DNA from: Stylophora pistillata
Taxonomy: Eukaryota
Assembly (NCBI RefSeq): GCF_002571385.2
Contig: NW_019217825.1
Location: 80,556-144,555, forward strand
Direction of reading: 5' to 3'
DNA: 64,000 nucleotides
Shown here: one piece after another, positions 13,521 through 25,516 of the stretch
Layout: the number at the start of each line of letters is the position of its first letter
Position numbering within the stretch: position 1 is the stretch's first letter
The notes under the pieces: generated by a model
The model's database searches: none
What the model was told of the DNA's origin: nothing
Seen by the model: only the letters and a program-made list of their open reading frames with translations
Program-made: the position numbers and the translations under genes

Positions 13521-13970
13521 TTACGCAGAGCTCCTCGACGCTTACGTTTAAAGTTTTCCACACTTATGCGCTGCTCATTCTTAATCATTTAAAATTGCTT
13601 ACTTTGTTTGGTGAAATCCATTTATTTTCGTTAATTTCGTATGTACTTTGAATAAAACTGAAAGGAGAGTAATTTGAAGTAAATTTGGCGGTTATAACTA
13701 CAAAATAGTTGCATGACTAAACTTTTACCGTTGAATATGGGTCTCCATTTACGAAGAGCTCCTCGATATTTACGTCTAAAGTTTTCCATACTTGTGCGCT
13801 GCTCACTCTTAATTATTTAAAAAGCTTCGTCTGTTTGGTGAAATCCACTTATTTCTGTTAATTTCTCATGTACTTTGAATAAAAAAAAAATGTGAGTAAT
13901 TTGACATAAATTTGGCGCTTATAACTCTGCAAAATAGTTGCATGACCAAAGTGTGACCTTTGAATATGTG
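13514..13970. repeat. Diverged tandem duplication, ~228-bp unit x2
   Basis: tctctatttacgcagagctcctcga...tgaatatgggt is repeated as tctccatttacgaagagctcctcga...tgaatatgtgt, roughly 80% identical by eye. Confidence 0.85.
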
Positions 13971-16900
13971 TAAAACACTTTGATCCAGAACGAAGCCACA
14001 AAGTCAGTAAAAATAATGAAAAGTGTATTATCTTCATAAAAATGAAGGCAGGCGCTAATTTATAATGAGTGTACTAATAGCCCTGAAGATTATTGGAGCA
14101 GTCTAGTTGCATCAATCGCCGACAGCAATTTATATACAAAAGCGACCAAATTATTTTTGATTAGGCTGAAAAACTAATAACTTTGAAGTACTCCAATTTT
14201 TTTGGTAGGCTAATCTATTAAAGATTTCGTAGGAGTATATCGATTTCTCAAGCTGCTACAATTCTATAAATAAATAGTATTATTAAAATTCTCTGAGAAG
14301 TGAAAAAAGTAAAAACAAAATAGAAAAATTAAGATAGCAAATTTGGCATAATTCGACAAATTAGCATAAATGTAATCTGCCTGATTGAAAACATTGTTGG
14401 AAGTTTACATCATTTTTCCAAATATCTAAAACATAGAAAAAAAACACTGGTGATTATTTTACTTTATCTAGGTACATACTCTTATTTAAATTGATAAGAT
14501 GTTTTTTTTCCAAGTCCTTTGAAAAACAACCATTACAAACTTTAGAGTCCAAAAGATAGACCTTTAACAAAAACTGACACAAATATTTGAGCAAAACATT
14601 GACGATTGTTGCCATAAACAAAAGGTGATTATAACATCGGTGTGTCCAAAAGGCATCTTAAAAAGCTATACCAAATGACTAGCAATTAACTACGAAAAAT
14701 CGACTGAATACGTATGAAATGAAGATGTCTCAGAGTTCTAAATTATTTTCAAAGAGTTTCTCACAAATTAAGTATATTTCACCTGTTGTGGAAACATTGA
14801 GCGTTCAAAATCAGATTGAAAATAATTCTATGCTTATACACGCGCGGTAGTTTGTGATATGATCTAAGGATGTTTTTCACCGTTCTTTTTTTTGTTGGTT
14901 TTTGAAAAGCCATTTATCTGTCGCTACTGCAGCTAACACTCTGGTAAAAAAATCAGCGTTCAATACCTACTAAAACTTTCGAAGTCCTGGAAGATAAGAA
15001 CTTGAAATGTGTATATAATAGTAGTACCTTTACAGCCATGTCGGCGAGGGGAATTCCGCCTTTTTCGCTCGTTCCTCTCTTTGTTAAAATCTCTCTCTTC
15101 TTCCCGGATCTGTGGCTGAAACTTCTTCAGCTGTTGTTCAACCTTAACTAAAGAAAACAAAACAAGTTTGCTCTTTTCTAAACTATTTGTAAAACAAGAG
15201 TGAGTCAGTTCAAAGCAAGGTCAGCAAGATCGCATTCTAAACCAGCGTTTCTTTTCCTGAATACGATCAAGCTCATTAAAGCGCTGGGTTATCACAACTA
15301 GAGAAATATTTTTCTTTGCTTTGCGGGGGAGGACGACAGACGTGTTCTCTGTGTTTATGACAGCTGAATTGGCCATAGCTGCTAACTAAGAATTACCTCG
15401 CTTTATTTGCGCTCAATCCCACTGATTAATCCGTAGGAGTGATTGAATTTCCCCGCTCCTCTTGTCACAAAACGACGGAAATTATCAACTATTAGTTCAT
15501 TCTTCTCCTCGCGTCGCTTTCTGTACTAGGGAAGTCAGTATTGCGTAGTTCTATCTCACATTTCCATTCAATTCAATTTGATAATAATAATTTACACGTG
15601 CTTTTGTCTATTGTTGCTTGGGTGTTGTTCGAGTTTTGCAGCTCAGCTCAGCAGCTAAAGTTTTTAGCTTTTGAATCTTTGTGCTCACAATGCTATTCCT
15701 CAAGCGGGAAGTTAAGATCGAAGTTAAGATCAAATCTAAGTGAACGTGTTGAACAATATAGATCAAGATTATCGACTGAGATCTCACGAAAAGCTTTCAC
15801 AAACGACAGATGGTGGAGATCTTTGTGGTCCGAGGAAGATTGTTGAAAACCTCGCCACATCCGGGAGTTGAAATGATTTACCACCGCTGAAACTCTGAGT
15901 ATCAGGTTAAGACAGGCAAGAATCCTTAGGGTGAATACGAGTGATGCGTCTAGAAAATGATAAATTCTCATCTTTTGCTTCGTTCTTTTCTTTGGGTTTG
16001 ACGTTTCAAATGACACAAGATGACAGATTATTTATATCGTCAGCCTTCCCACTCGATTGGCTCTAAGATGGTAATTAGAGCAGGTGAAAGAGATGCTGTA
16101 TTGCTTTTGCTGACTCAAGAAAAAGAAAATACAAACATTCACGTGTTTGATTTTCATAAGAAGCTTAAATGTCTTTTGACATTGAGGATAAATGATTAGT
16201 AATTGATATTTATATCAGTTGTATTGGCGAAATTTCGAAAATCAGTGCTTAGTATACACAGTTTGTCCAGTGAAGTGATTCTGGTCAATCGCAGCAAAAA
16301 ATTAAAAAAAGGATTATTTTAATTCTGTTTCATCCACACAACGCGAGCGGACGAGCGAAGACGCTTATTCGAATAGTCAAACGGTTAGCTGCAAAGACTT
16401 CAACTTCCAGGCCGTTCTGTGATTTAGGCGGAAGATAGAAGAGAAAAACGTAAAAGGAAAAGAATAGATACTATCAAAATGTAGAGAGCCTAAGTCCGGG
16501 AAGGCGAACTTGATTCTTAAACTTTATGGCGGCACGGAGAGAGGAAATCTGAAGCAGTGTTTGCCCCTAGGAACCATTCAACCAGGAGACCAAACAAATT
16601 TCTATAAACACGGGACAAAAGAAGCGAGAATCTAAGGAATTAAGATCATGCTTTCTCATAGCGTGTCACATAGTTAAGTATGTACTAATTGGACTCTTTC
16701 ACAGTTAAGATTCTCAATTTTTTTTCTCCAACAAATAATTCATGATACGCAGATATAGACTCACTATTTGTTCTTGATATGATTGTAGATCGAAACGACA
16801 TTTTTCAAAAAAAATTTAATATTTCAAGCAGGATGTACACTTCAATCTATTTATGAGAAAAAGTAACATTAAATTTTGGAAATCTTGTGTCGCTGTTACA

Positions 16901-19900
16901 ATGACATTGAAAACACGCGAAAGTGTTTTAAATGAAACTAAATAATTGTTGACATTTGCGGAAGGCTGTAGTTTATATAACCGAAAACAGTACGCAAAAA
17001 AATTAGTGAGCACATGGAAACTGTATGCATTTACCTCTCGGCGGGAACAATCTGTTATAATTCATTTTTCCAACCATTCACGTTTTTGCAACACTTTTCA
17101 ACACACACCTGACAACGAATATACAGCTGGAAATTTTGGTGTCAGCCAATCACAAGCGAACACGTCATTTCCAAAATCGGTAATGCCTGCTTTCGTTAAT
17201 TTTGTGTTTGATACAAAACTTTGAAGGTTTTTCATACGAGGAAGGCGAGTTGTCATAATGGTATGTGATACTTTATCAACGAAAAGTCTCGGAAGTCTTT
17301 TGCGAGATGTTTATCTTCTGCTTTTCTTTCCTCTCACTTACGATGGGAGACAAAGACAAAGAAAAAGTTTGAATCAAAGTTAGATTTATTTTAAATAATT
17401 TATCATCCTAATACGATCGATCTCTTATGTTGTTGGCTTGTGACTGTAAAAAGATCAAAACAGCATGATTGTGACAAGCATCTTTTATGATTAAGACAAA
17501 AGATTGAATAACTGGCTATATTTCTTCATTGGAATATTACGAAAGAGTAACAAGAGAATGACCTAGAAGCTGTAAAGACAAGAAAACGCAAGTTGAACGT
17601 TAGAAATCATGGCTTTCGCGCACTGCGGGAATAGTTTTGACTTCTTGAGTTACTGCAGCGCTGAGGCGGAGCGAACTTGGGTGTGAGAGTTTTTTGAAAA
17701 ACTTCTATCGCATGACACCTATTTTATATCCAAGGTGATGGAATAAACCAGTTAAGCATTACTTATACTAACTGCACTTGTAAATATTAAGATAAAAAGT
17801 AAATACTAGAACTCTGTCGTCTTGTCTCAATTGCGTTCAAACACGTTCCAAACCGTTAAAAACTGAATGAGGAAAAACGTCTCGAAGTCAACATGGTTAT
17901 CATATCATATCCAAATGTGCGACTCGCAAAATCTGAACGCAAATCATTTCTGCCTCTAAACGCAAATGAGGTGGGAAAATCGAATTGCTCTCGAAAGTGA
18001 AAATGTGCATGATGTACTTTGACATCGACATGCCAGAACTAAGCGATAAAGGGTGGCACTATGTAACATACTCAGCAAGATCGCCGGGTAGATATCCAGA
18101 TGTTTTCCAATGAATGAATGAACTTACATTGATGCAACATAGTTTATTTCGACAAGACAGCGATACCATACCCATACCATTCTCACCGAGTTTACACCGC
18201 CTTTCTAAAACAAATGAAAGTTGTCGGTAGATGAAATTTTGCTTACCTCGCACTTCTTCTGTGATGCTTTTGTGAGAATATCTTTAAAACTTTCTGATCC
18301 CTCGGCCGCCTTTAAATACACGTGTCCCTTATTCTCGAAAATACAAACTGTACCCGTAGAAAACGAGATAAATCGAAGCGACCAACCACTAATCTACCGC
18401 GGGTATATTCAACACTCGCACCATTGGTCAGACTAACATTCATGTGACGCATACAATTCACAATCCGTGTTGTTCAACTTAGGATCCCACTAGGGTGCAT
18501 TGCACTGCGACGTCACCTTCAACAAATGCAAGGTGTAAATCAAGTGCGAACTGTATAAAAATAAGTTTTTTCCGGTTTATTCGTTGATGGACATCGCTCA
18601 GAATAGTTTATTTTCCTTTTTGTGGCTCTTTGATTAAGTCATAAAAAACAGGAGAAGAACAGAATCAGAATAGATTGAGTTATTTAGCGAGTGAGTGAGT
18701 TTTAGGTCCATAAATAAAGCTAAAATTAGAAACAAGGAGCACAAGAGGTGAGGATGGAAAAAAAGGGACTGTGATCGTAATTCGATTGAAGTGAATTCCT
18801 GTTCACGTTGCAAAGAAGTAGGAGAGGACATTCCCATTGCCTGAGAAGCGAAAAACAAGACAGGCACCAATGCGCTCGTAGTGCGTCACTGACTACGTTG
18901 CGGTTTGCAGCTTTAATTTGTTTTTCATTAGCCAAAAGCTTCTTTATACTTCCTTTTGCGATATAAATACAAACAAACAAAGAGCAACAGCTAAGTTCAG
19001 CTTTGTACATGGTAAATACGTTGGAAAACATAGTGAAAATTATTTTTCGTTTTGTGCGTCAAAAAGAAAAATCAAATGGCGGTGGCAGTTCCAGATTGCA
19101 ATTTTATTGCGACTGTAATGAAAACCTTCAGTTTAATGATTTACAGCGCAATTTTTTACAATAAAGTTCATGAAATCGAATCCATATCAATTCAGATCAT
19201 TCGATAAAACAATGAATAGGCAATAAGTCATTCAAAAATTGCCGATTTATACTAAAAAGCAAGCCATAGTAATTGTTGTTTAAAATAATAATCCATCGTT
19301 AGAACATTCTACAGCTTTGGTGAACAAAAAGTATGAGCTATCTAGGGTAACTTAAAGGTATTTTACTGAGTTTCATTACTCAGGATTGTTGAATCGTTAT
19401 TTTGTCGTGGTGTACGTTTAATTGATTTTCTTTGTTCTAAAATACATTTACGTGCAATTCAGGGCCCTCAAGACAAAAGGTATGCTACCACATTTTTTTT
19501 CGTTTTTGTCTTTTGAAAGGTGGAACACTATCTTTCTTTGATGCTTCATGTAGCATAAAAGTACGATCAAAATCAAAATCAAAATTTATGAATGTAAACT
19601 GACAAAACAGAAATTGGAGGTCAAAGGAAAAGAAGATGACAACTTCGCGAGGGGGTTACAGTAAGTACATCAGTTTTAAACGTTGGTTTACAGCACCGCA
19701 CACTCTCAGTAGTTCATCTTCAGTGAATTAAAACTGTTCTCAGGGATATATACAGCAACAAGTATTCTCGCACTTTGCTGCACGTTCGTCACTCCATGTT
19801 TAAAAAATTCGAAGGTCAAAGTTGGTCGTTGGGACACGCTTCAGTAGCCGTTGCTAGAGAGGTGCCCTATAAAATTTAAGCAGAGACGGGTGAGCTGAAA

Positions 19901-20395
19901 CACATCCGTACTTACCAATTTTATCCTAAACTTCCTACCACACTCTGAATAAAATCATCCGAATAATCATCAGTTGAGCTCATACACATCTTTTCACTTC
20001 GCACTGAGATTCTAAACGAACACTTGTTGCTTAACCCGCAACTTAGCTAAATCATACCGGTTTGAGCGCCAGTTTTCTACGCCACCTATTTCTCTCCGTC
20101 ATGATCACAGCAGCAATTCTTTTGCTGTGAAGTGATGAATATGCAGGCCCACTTCTAAAAATCCAGTTATGGTTTAGGACCACATCCAGACATTCAGCAT
20201 TAAATCTCTCTCAAGTCTTGTTTTTATTCATTTTAATTTTGCTTCTTCATATTAAATTTCAACCTTGTGACCAACAGCTGGGCTGTATTTTTCGCAAACT
20301 AGGATATTGTTTCTCTGAACTAGTCCTCGCGTCCCCACTTTGAAGATTTAAGGAGCGGTAAATTTGAGAGTGATCGGCATTCAAATTTGGGTATC

Positions 20396-20589
20396 TTAGC
20401 CCTTTCGCTCCCAAGATATCTAGTTAGTATTTCTCCTTATTGTCAGAAATACAATTCTTGAGACGTTAATTCGGAAAATTTGGTATTGGATCAAGTGATA
20501 ACCCCCTGATTGCTATTGTTCTTTAATTTCATCAATTTGTAAAGCAGAAAGTCTCTCTCAGTGACTCAAGGGAGTTATAGAAAGGTTAA
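20396..20589. mobile_element. TTAA-CCCT MITE family copy
   Basis: ttagccctttcgctcccaagatatc...aaaggttaa, with internal sequence shared with the copies at 12218, 42370 and 59735. Confidence 0.65.
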
Positions 20590-21649
20590 CATAAATTATG
20601 TGTTTGCACACAATATGACCGAGAAGTGCAGCGAATAGAGCAAACAAATCGAACCACGAGAAGACCTTACAGCACGCCCAACTCAGTCGAGGATAGCAAA
20701 TATTTTCAAGGAGTGAAGTATACGACGTAAGCACTAGTTACTAAATTCTGAATACTTTTCATCGCTCGATACTGGGTATCCGGAAGGAGAAAGGAGATTT
20801 CTCTTGCAGCCCGATAGGTGTGCACTCTTGTACCACAAGCCACCGTCGTTTGTTTTATGACTTTTCATTGTATAACTTCCGGTGTTGAAACCACTCCGCT
20901 GTTTTTCTTTGTTTGTTTGTTTTAGTTGTTTATTTTTGTTGGTTTTTTTTTTCCCAAGGAGGCAGGGGAGGCAAACGGTCTTTAAGCGTTGGCGAGCGAC
21001 AGAACTGTCAACAGATGTGTAAGTTAGGCGTATTTCGGTTTGGTTCATGGTAAAAGTTTTTGTATATTTTTCTGAGTGGGAACTGATGGGGAAATGTGCG
21101 AGGACTGTTACCCACTCCCTCAACTTTGGACAGCGTTCAATTAATTTCACATTCAGAAAACGTGCACCATTTCTATTTTGTGCGTAAATTGGCGGTTCAA
21201 TTTACCTTATAAGTCCTGGTGTTTTCATTCGTCGTTCGGTCTCTAAGAAATATCCCAACACATGCTAAACTTTACCCGAATTTACAAAGAAAAGAGTCGA
21301 ATTCAGTTTGGTCATGAGTGGGGAAGAAAGAACAAACAAGCAATTTGCCTTTGATTGTTGTTACGTAACACACCATAGCATGTGGCCAAAAATTAGAACG
21401 AAGAAAGGAGACAGGTTACTTTTAAATAATCGCTTTTAATAATTAAAAGTTATTTTTGTTTTTGCAAGTTTTGCCTTCTCACTAGGAGGAAACGTAAAAG
21501 AACCTGCTTTTACATGAGATTTACCCGAAGAACTGCGCATCGAACATTAACATATACTGCTGCATGCATTTTTATCTTTTGTGAGTTCCTTCGATCAGCA
21601 GTTTCGCTTTGTGATTATGTTCTATAACGACAAAAGCCTCTAAGCTGCT

Positions 21650-24600
21650 CTACACTAAGCTGGATTCGTATAAATCCGAGTTACCAAGAATATCTGACAT
21701 ACGGTTCCCGTTAAGCTTTACATTGCTCATCACAAGCTGTTTTTTCTTTGTTTTCTCTTGTTCCTCGTTCACGGATTGAACGGGCATTGCTGTTCCAGTG
21801 TTTCGCGGGTTTTCTGCTTGACTCGAATCGGCGACTTCAGTGTCATTCTCATCGATTGGATTAAGGATGTCGACTCTAGAGTTACTTGGACATGTTACAC
21901 TTTCTACCTCGGATTCCAACGAATGTGTCATTGAAGTTAAACTACCCACGCTATCAATTCCAGAATCACCGACAAAAATTGCACGAGCTCGCTGACGATT
22001 GAATAAGGGAACACTAGCTGGCCTGCTTGAACTGTCTCTTTGTTGTAACGCCTCGTGTCCATTAAATATCACTTCTCCGTCCGTACGTTCAAGCGCTGGT
22101 GATGACGCACTTTGAACACGTGCAGTATCCTCGCCAGATGATCGTGAAGTCGATGATGATAACCGGGTAGCTACGGACTCATCAACGAAATGTTTGACAG
22201 AGACGTTTTGTACACTAGTCGGAACCGAATGAACAGAAACTGGACGTGTGGAGAGTACTTCCCCGCTTGGGTGTGCTGGATAACTGGGATAGTCATGGAA
22301 GATCCCATTAAAACCATCAAGTGTTCTTGGAGGTTCATTGGCCGATCGATACCAACTACCAGAGAGATTCGAAGAGAGTCTACCTAGCGGCAAAGGTCCA
22401 TTCATTGAAAATAAATCTGGACTCGATACAGATTCAGACTTTTTAAGAAAAGGCGAGCCAACGTGTTCACAAGTATTATTGTTTGGTTGTGTTATGTCAC
22501 ACTGCGATACTTCCGTCATTCTGTCACCATGGTCACCAGTGAAGCTTGGATCAGTTGCTGTGCGACTCATGGTTTCACTTTGCGGCACGTGGACGTAAAG
22601 TACACGCCCTTGGCGTCGCTGAGCCAGAAGGCTTTCCATTTCCGAGTCATGAATCAATTTCTGATCCTCAAAAGAAGTGTGCCTTCTCACCGGTTGGCCC
22701 CTTGGATCACTCTGGCTAATGTTCGGTGCGGAAAATCGCGGAATTCCCATGGGTTGTCGAAGATTCCCCATTGAACTACCCACCTTCGAAGGAAAGTGGT
22801 ACGCATCGGCGTGATTGAAGTAAACGGAGTCGCTATGTGGACGGTGCATTACAACCGGTCGGACAAGATTTCCACTCCAGGCGTTGGGGAGGGAGTTTGG
22901 TCGTGGCAACATCCCTGGTGTCTCTAAACGGGTCATGTCTACCCCGCTCTGTTTGGGGTTAAAACCACCTAGTTCTTCACTTATTGATGGTAAATTTGAA
23001 TCGGAGTTTGACGAAATTTGTCGATGACCCAGCGCAGAATAGTGCCCAAACGATTTAGCTTCTGTGTAAAATGGTTCACCGTGACTTGAGAGGGTAATGG
23101 ACGGGTGCGCTTCAGCACCCATTGCGAAATAAACCGGGAATGTTTCACTTCGCGACCGATTTAACCCTGGATCAAGGTAGAGTTCTTTAGTGCTCGAAAT
23201 ACCGCTGTATTGAGCTCCAGATGATAAACGCCTCTCTATTATTCTTCTGTCTTCTTCATCGAAATGGTACGAACCGTTGACATATCCATTAGGAATGATT
23301 CCTGAGGACTTGCTTTTCTTGGAATTTTTTCTTTCCGTTGATATTGCTGGAATACATGAGTTCCTTCGGGTTTCCACGAGTTTCCTAGGTTCTGCAAGCT
23401 CATTTTCGCTGTGCTCGATAAGCGGGGAGAGAGTAAATCCGCTTTCGTCGTGCGAGCGTGAAGGGGATGATTTGCGTTTCGACGCCGAGAGGCGGCCTCC
23501 AGCACTTGGGTCAACCTGGACTAACTGATCAGGCATATCAAACGTAAATACGGCCTTTTGTCGGACCAGCGGAGAGGATCCTCGTCGCTGTCGGTGCCGA
23601 TCGCTAATCGTTAATGAGTCGTCAGACATTCTCGCACTCGAGTCGTTACTTTCTATGGATACAGATACCGCAGTTGACTTCCCATTATGATACTCGTCGC
23701 GTAATCTATTTACTGGAGAGGCTTTGAATCGCGAGCTGTCATGGGGTTCACTTTTGGATCGCTTGGATGTATGCGTACTCTTAGTGTTTCTTTCATCGAC
23801 GCCTTGGTAACTATGTCCGTCACTTAAGTCTCGCAAACCATTTTGGACCAAAGATCGACCTTCTTGCGTCTGCGTTGCAGTTCCCGACTCTCTTGCAGCA
23901 GTGGGTTGAGAATGTAGATGAGCCACTTCCTCCGGAGAAGACAGCACATTGTCATCGGGATTTTTGCCACTATTTCTTCGACTACTCGTCGCAATAGTAG
24001 CCTGGGTTTCAGAGCTTCTACGATCTCCGGTCGACGTTGCCGGGGTCTTACGCGAACCTGTGTCAGTTTGAGCAGATTGGGTCTTCTTGTTTTTCTTCAA
24101 AGCTTTATTCTGCCAGTGTTTGGCTGTAAAACCAACAACATACAGACTGCCGCGGCGTCCCATCCGCCCCCGTGGGTTCAGCTTGGGCGAGCCTTGCGTC
24201 GAATCTATAGACATGGACTGGTTAGAAGAGGAACTTCTTTGCCGAGAGCACGGCGGGGTTTTCATCTCAACAACAGATGAACCACTTTCAGTATCGCTTC
24301 TCTTTGGACTTAGTAGAGTTGTTGCTAAGGACAATTCAGATGCATTTTCAGAGCTTCTGGAGTTTGCATTGAAAGCTGATGGTGACGACTGCTGGGATAC
24401 ACTCTCTGTGTTGGACACTTTCTGTGGTTTATCTTCAACTAGCACTGAACACGAAGGATTACGCTCTACCATTTCTATTTCGATTCGTTCTGCCTCTGGA
24501 ACTGCAAACAAACTACCTCTCTTTACTGCTTGCCCCGACGTTGGTAAAGAGTTTCTTGGTGATGGAGCAATGACCACAGTGTTTGGGTTCGGGAGCCGTC

Positions 24601-25516
24601 GCCTTTCCATTGGAGTCGCTCGAGGAGTGGAGCGAATGCTAGGATAAGGTGACGACCAACGGTTTCTACTACCAGGGCGTGAGTCATCCTTTTCCGAGCC
24701 ATCTTCACTTTCGATATGATCTGCCACCAGTTCCTTGGAAATTTTGGGACTGCTTTGCGTCACGAACGATTGTGCAACCTTGAGCGCGTTAGCAGCACCA
24801 ATAATCAGCGGTCTCTTCCTCTTCGGCAGCTTGAGTCTCGCTTTTGCATGAGAATAGTACAACGAAAAGTTGCTGACTATCACCGGAACCGGAAGTGCAA
24901 TCATAAGAACACCACTAATCGCACAAAAGGAGCCCACGATTTTTCCTTCCCAAGATTCCGGTGCCATGTCTCCATAGCCGAGCGTCGTCATGGTGACGAC
25001 GGCCCACCAGAAGGAGGCTGGAATAGTTGTGAACTTGGTGTCGTGAATGTCTTTTTCGGCGTAATAGATAACACTTGAAAATATCACTACACCTATGCTT
25101 AGGAAGAAGGCCAGAAGAAACAGCTCGCTACAACTCGACCTTAAAGTGTGGCCGAGGATTTGAAGACCATATGAATGTCGCGAGAGTTTGAAGATTCGAA
25201 AAACTCGAATGAGTCTGACAACACGCAGAACTACAATAGTTTTGATATTGGAAGAGGTGATGAACAAATCCAAATAAAACGGCATGATGGCACAAAAATC
25301 AATCCAGTTCATAGGTTTCTTAATAAACTGCAGCTTTCTTGGGCAGAAGATAAGTCGCACAACAAACTCGAGTGTAAACCAAGCTACGCAAATGATATCC
25401 GTAACGTAAAGGGCCTGGTACTGAGTGGATGACTTGTCTTCAAAGAAAGGGACACTTTCCAGGCAGAAAGTTATGACGGAGGTCAGTATGAGGATCAGTG
25501 TAGTGAATGCAATGGC
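21650..25516 (-). CDS. Shaw: Shaw channel exon 2 (transmembrane core plus long tail), 3867 nt
   Basis: Acceptor cag at 25519-25517; uninterrupted ORF to TAG at 21652-21650. Confidence 0.93.
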   Translation of the reverse strand, partial: AIAFTTLILILTSVITFCLESVPFFEDKSSTQYQALYVTDIICVAWFTLEFVVRLIFCPRKLQFIKKPMNWIDFCAIMPFYLDLFITSSNIKTIVVLRVVRLIRVFRIFKLSRHSYGLQILGHTLRSSCSELFLLAFFLSIGVVIFSSVIYYAEKDIHDTKFTTIPASFWWAVVTMTTLGYGDMAPESWEGKIVGSFCAISGVLMIALPVPVIVSNFSLYYSHAKARLKLPKRKRPLIIGAANALKVAQSFVTQSSPKISKELVADHIESEDGSEKDDSRPGSRNRWSSPYPSIRSTPRATPMERRRLPNPNTVVIAPSPRNSLPTSGQAVKRGSLFAVPEAERIEIEMVERNPSCSVLVEDKPQKVSNTESVSQQSSPSAFNANSRSSENASELSLATTLLSPKRSDTESGSSVVEMKTPPCSRQRSSSSNQSMSIDSTQGSPKLNPRGRMGRRGSLYVVGFTAKHWQNKALKKNKKTQSAQTDTGSRKTPATSTGDRRSSETQATIATSSRRNSGKNPDDNVLSSPEEVAHLHSQPTAARESGTATQTQEGRSLVQNGLRDLSDGHSYQGVDERNTKSTHTSKRSKSEPHDSSRFKASPVNRLRDEYHNGKSTAVSVSIESNDSSARMSDDSLTISDRHRQRRGSSPLVRQKAVFTFDMPDQLVQVDPSAGGRLSASKRKSSPSRSHDESGFTLSPLIEHSENELAEPRKLVETRRNSCIPAISTERKNSKKSKSSGIIPNGYVNGSYHFDEEDRRIIERRLSSGAQYSGISSTKELYLDPGLNRSRSETFPVYFAMGAEAHPSITLSSHGEPFYTEAKSFGHYSALGHRQISSNSDSNLPSISEELGGFNPKQSGVDMTRLETPGMLPRPNSLPNAWSGNLVRPVVMHRPHSDSVYFNHADAYHFPSKVGSSMGNLRQPMGIPRFSAPNISQSDPRGQPVRRHTSFEDQKLIHDSEMESLLAQRRQGRVLYVHVPQSETMSRTATDPSFTGDHGDRMTEVSQCDITQPNNNTCEHVGSPFLKKSESVSSPDLFSMNGPLPLGRLSSNLSGSWYRSANEPPRTLDGFNGIFHDYPSYPAHPSGEVLSTRPVSVHSVPTSVQNVSVKHFVDESVATRLSSSTSRSSGEDTARVQSASSPALERTDGEVIFNGHEALQQRDSSSRPASVPLFNRQRARAIFVGDSGIDSVGSLTSMTHSLESEVESVTCPSNSRVDILNPIDENDTEVADSSQAENPRNTGTAMPVQSVNEEQEKTKKKQLVMSNVKLNGNRMSDILGNSDLYESSLV

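Noticed and set aside
15541-16016. Overlapping 101-aa and 107-aa ORFs
   Set aside because: Non-ATG starts, no recognisable domain and no supporting exon chain.
20734-21150. 138-aa minus-strand ORF
   Set aside because: It runs through low-complexity T/G tracts and lies in the likely Shaw 3'UTR.
22190-25432. Several plus-strand ORFs of 64-186 aa
   Set aside because: They are antisense shadows of the Shaw coding exon, with no independent motifs.
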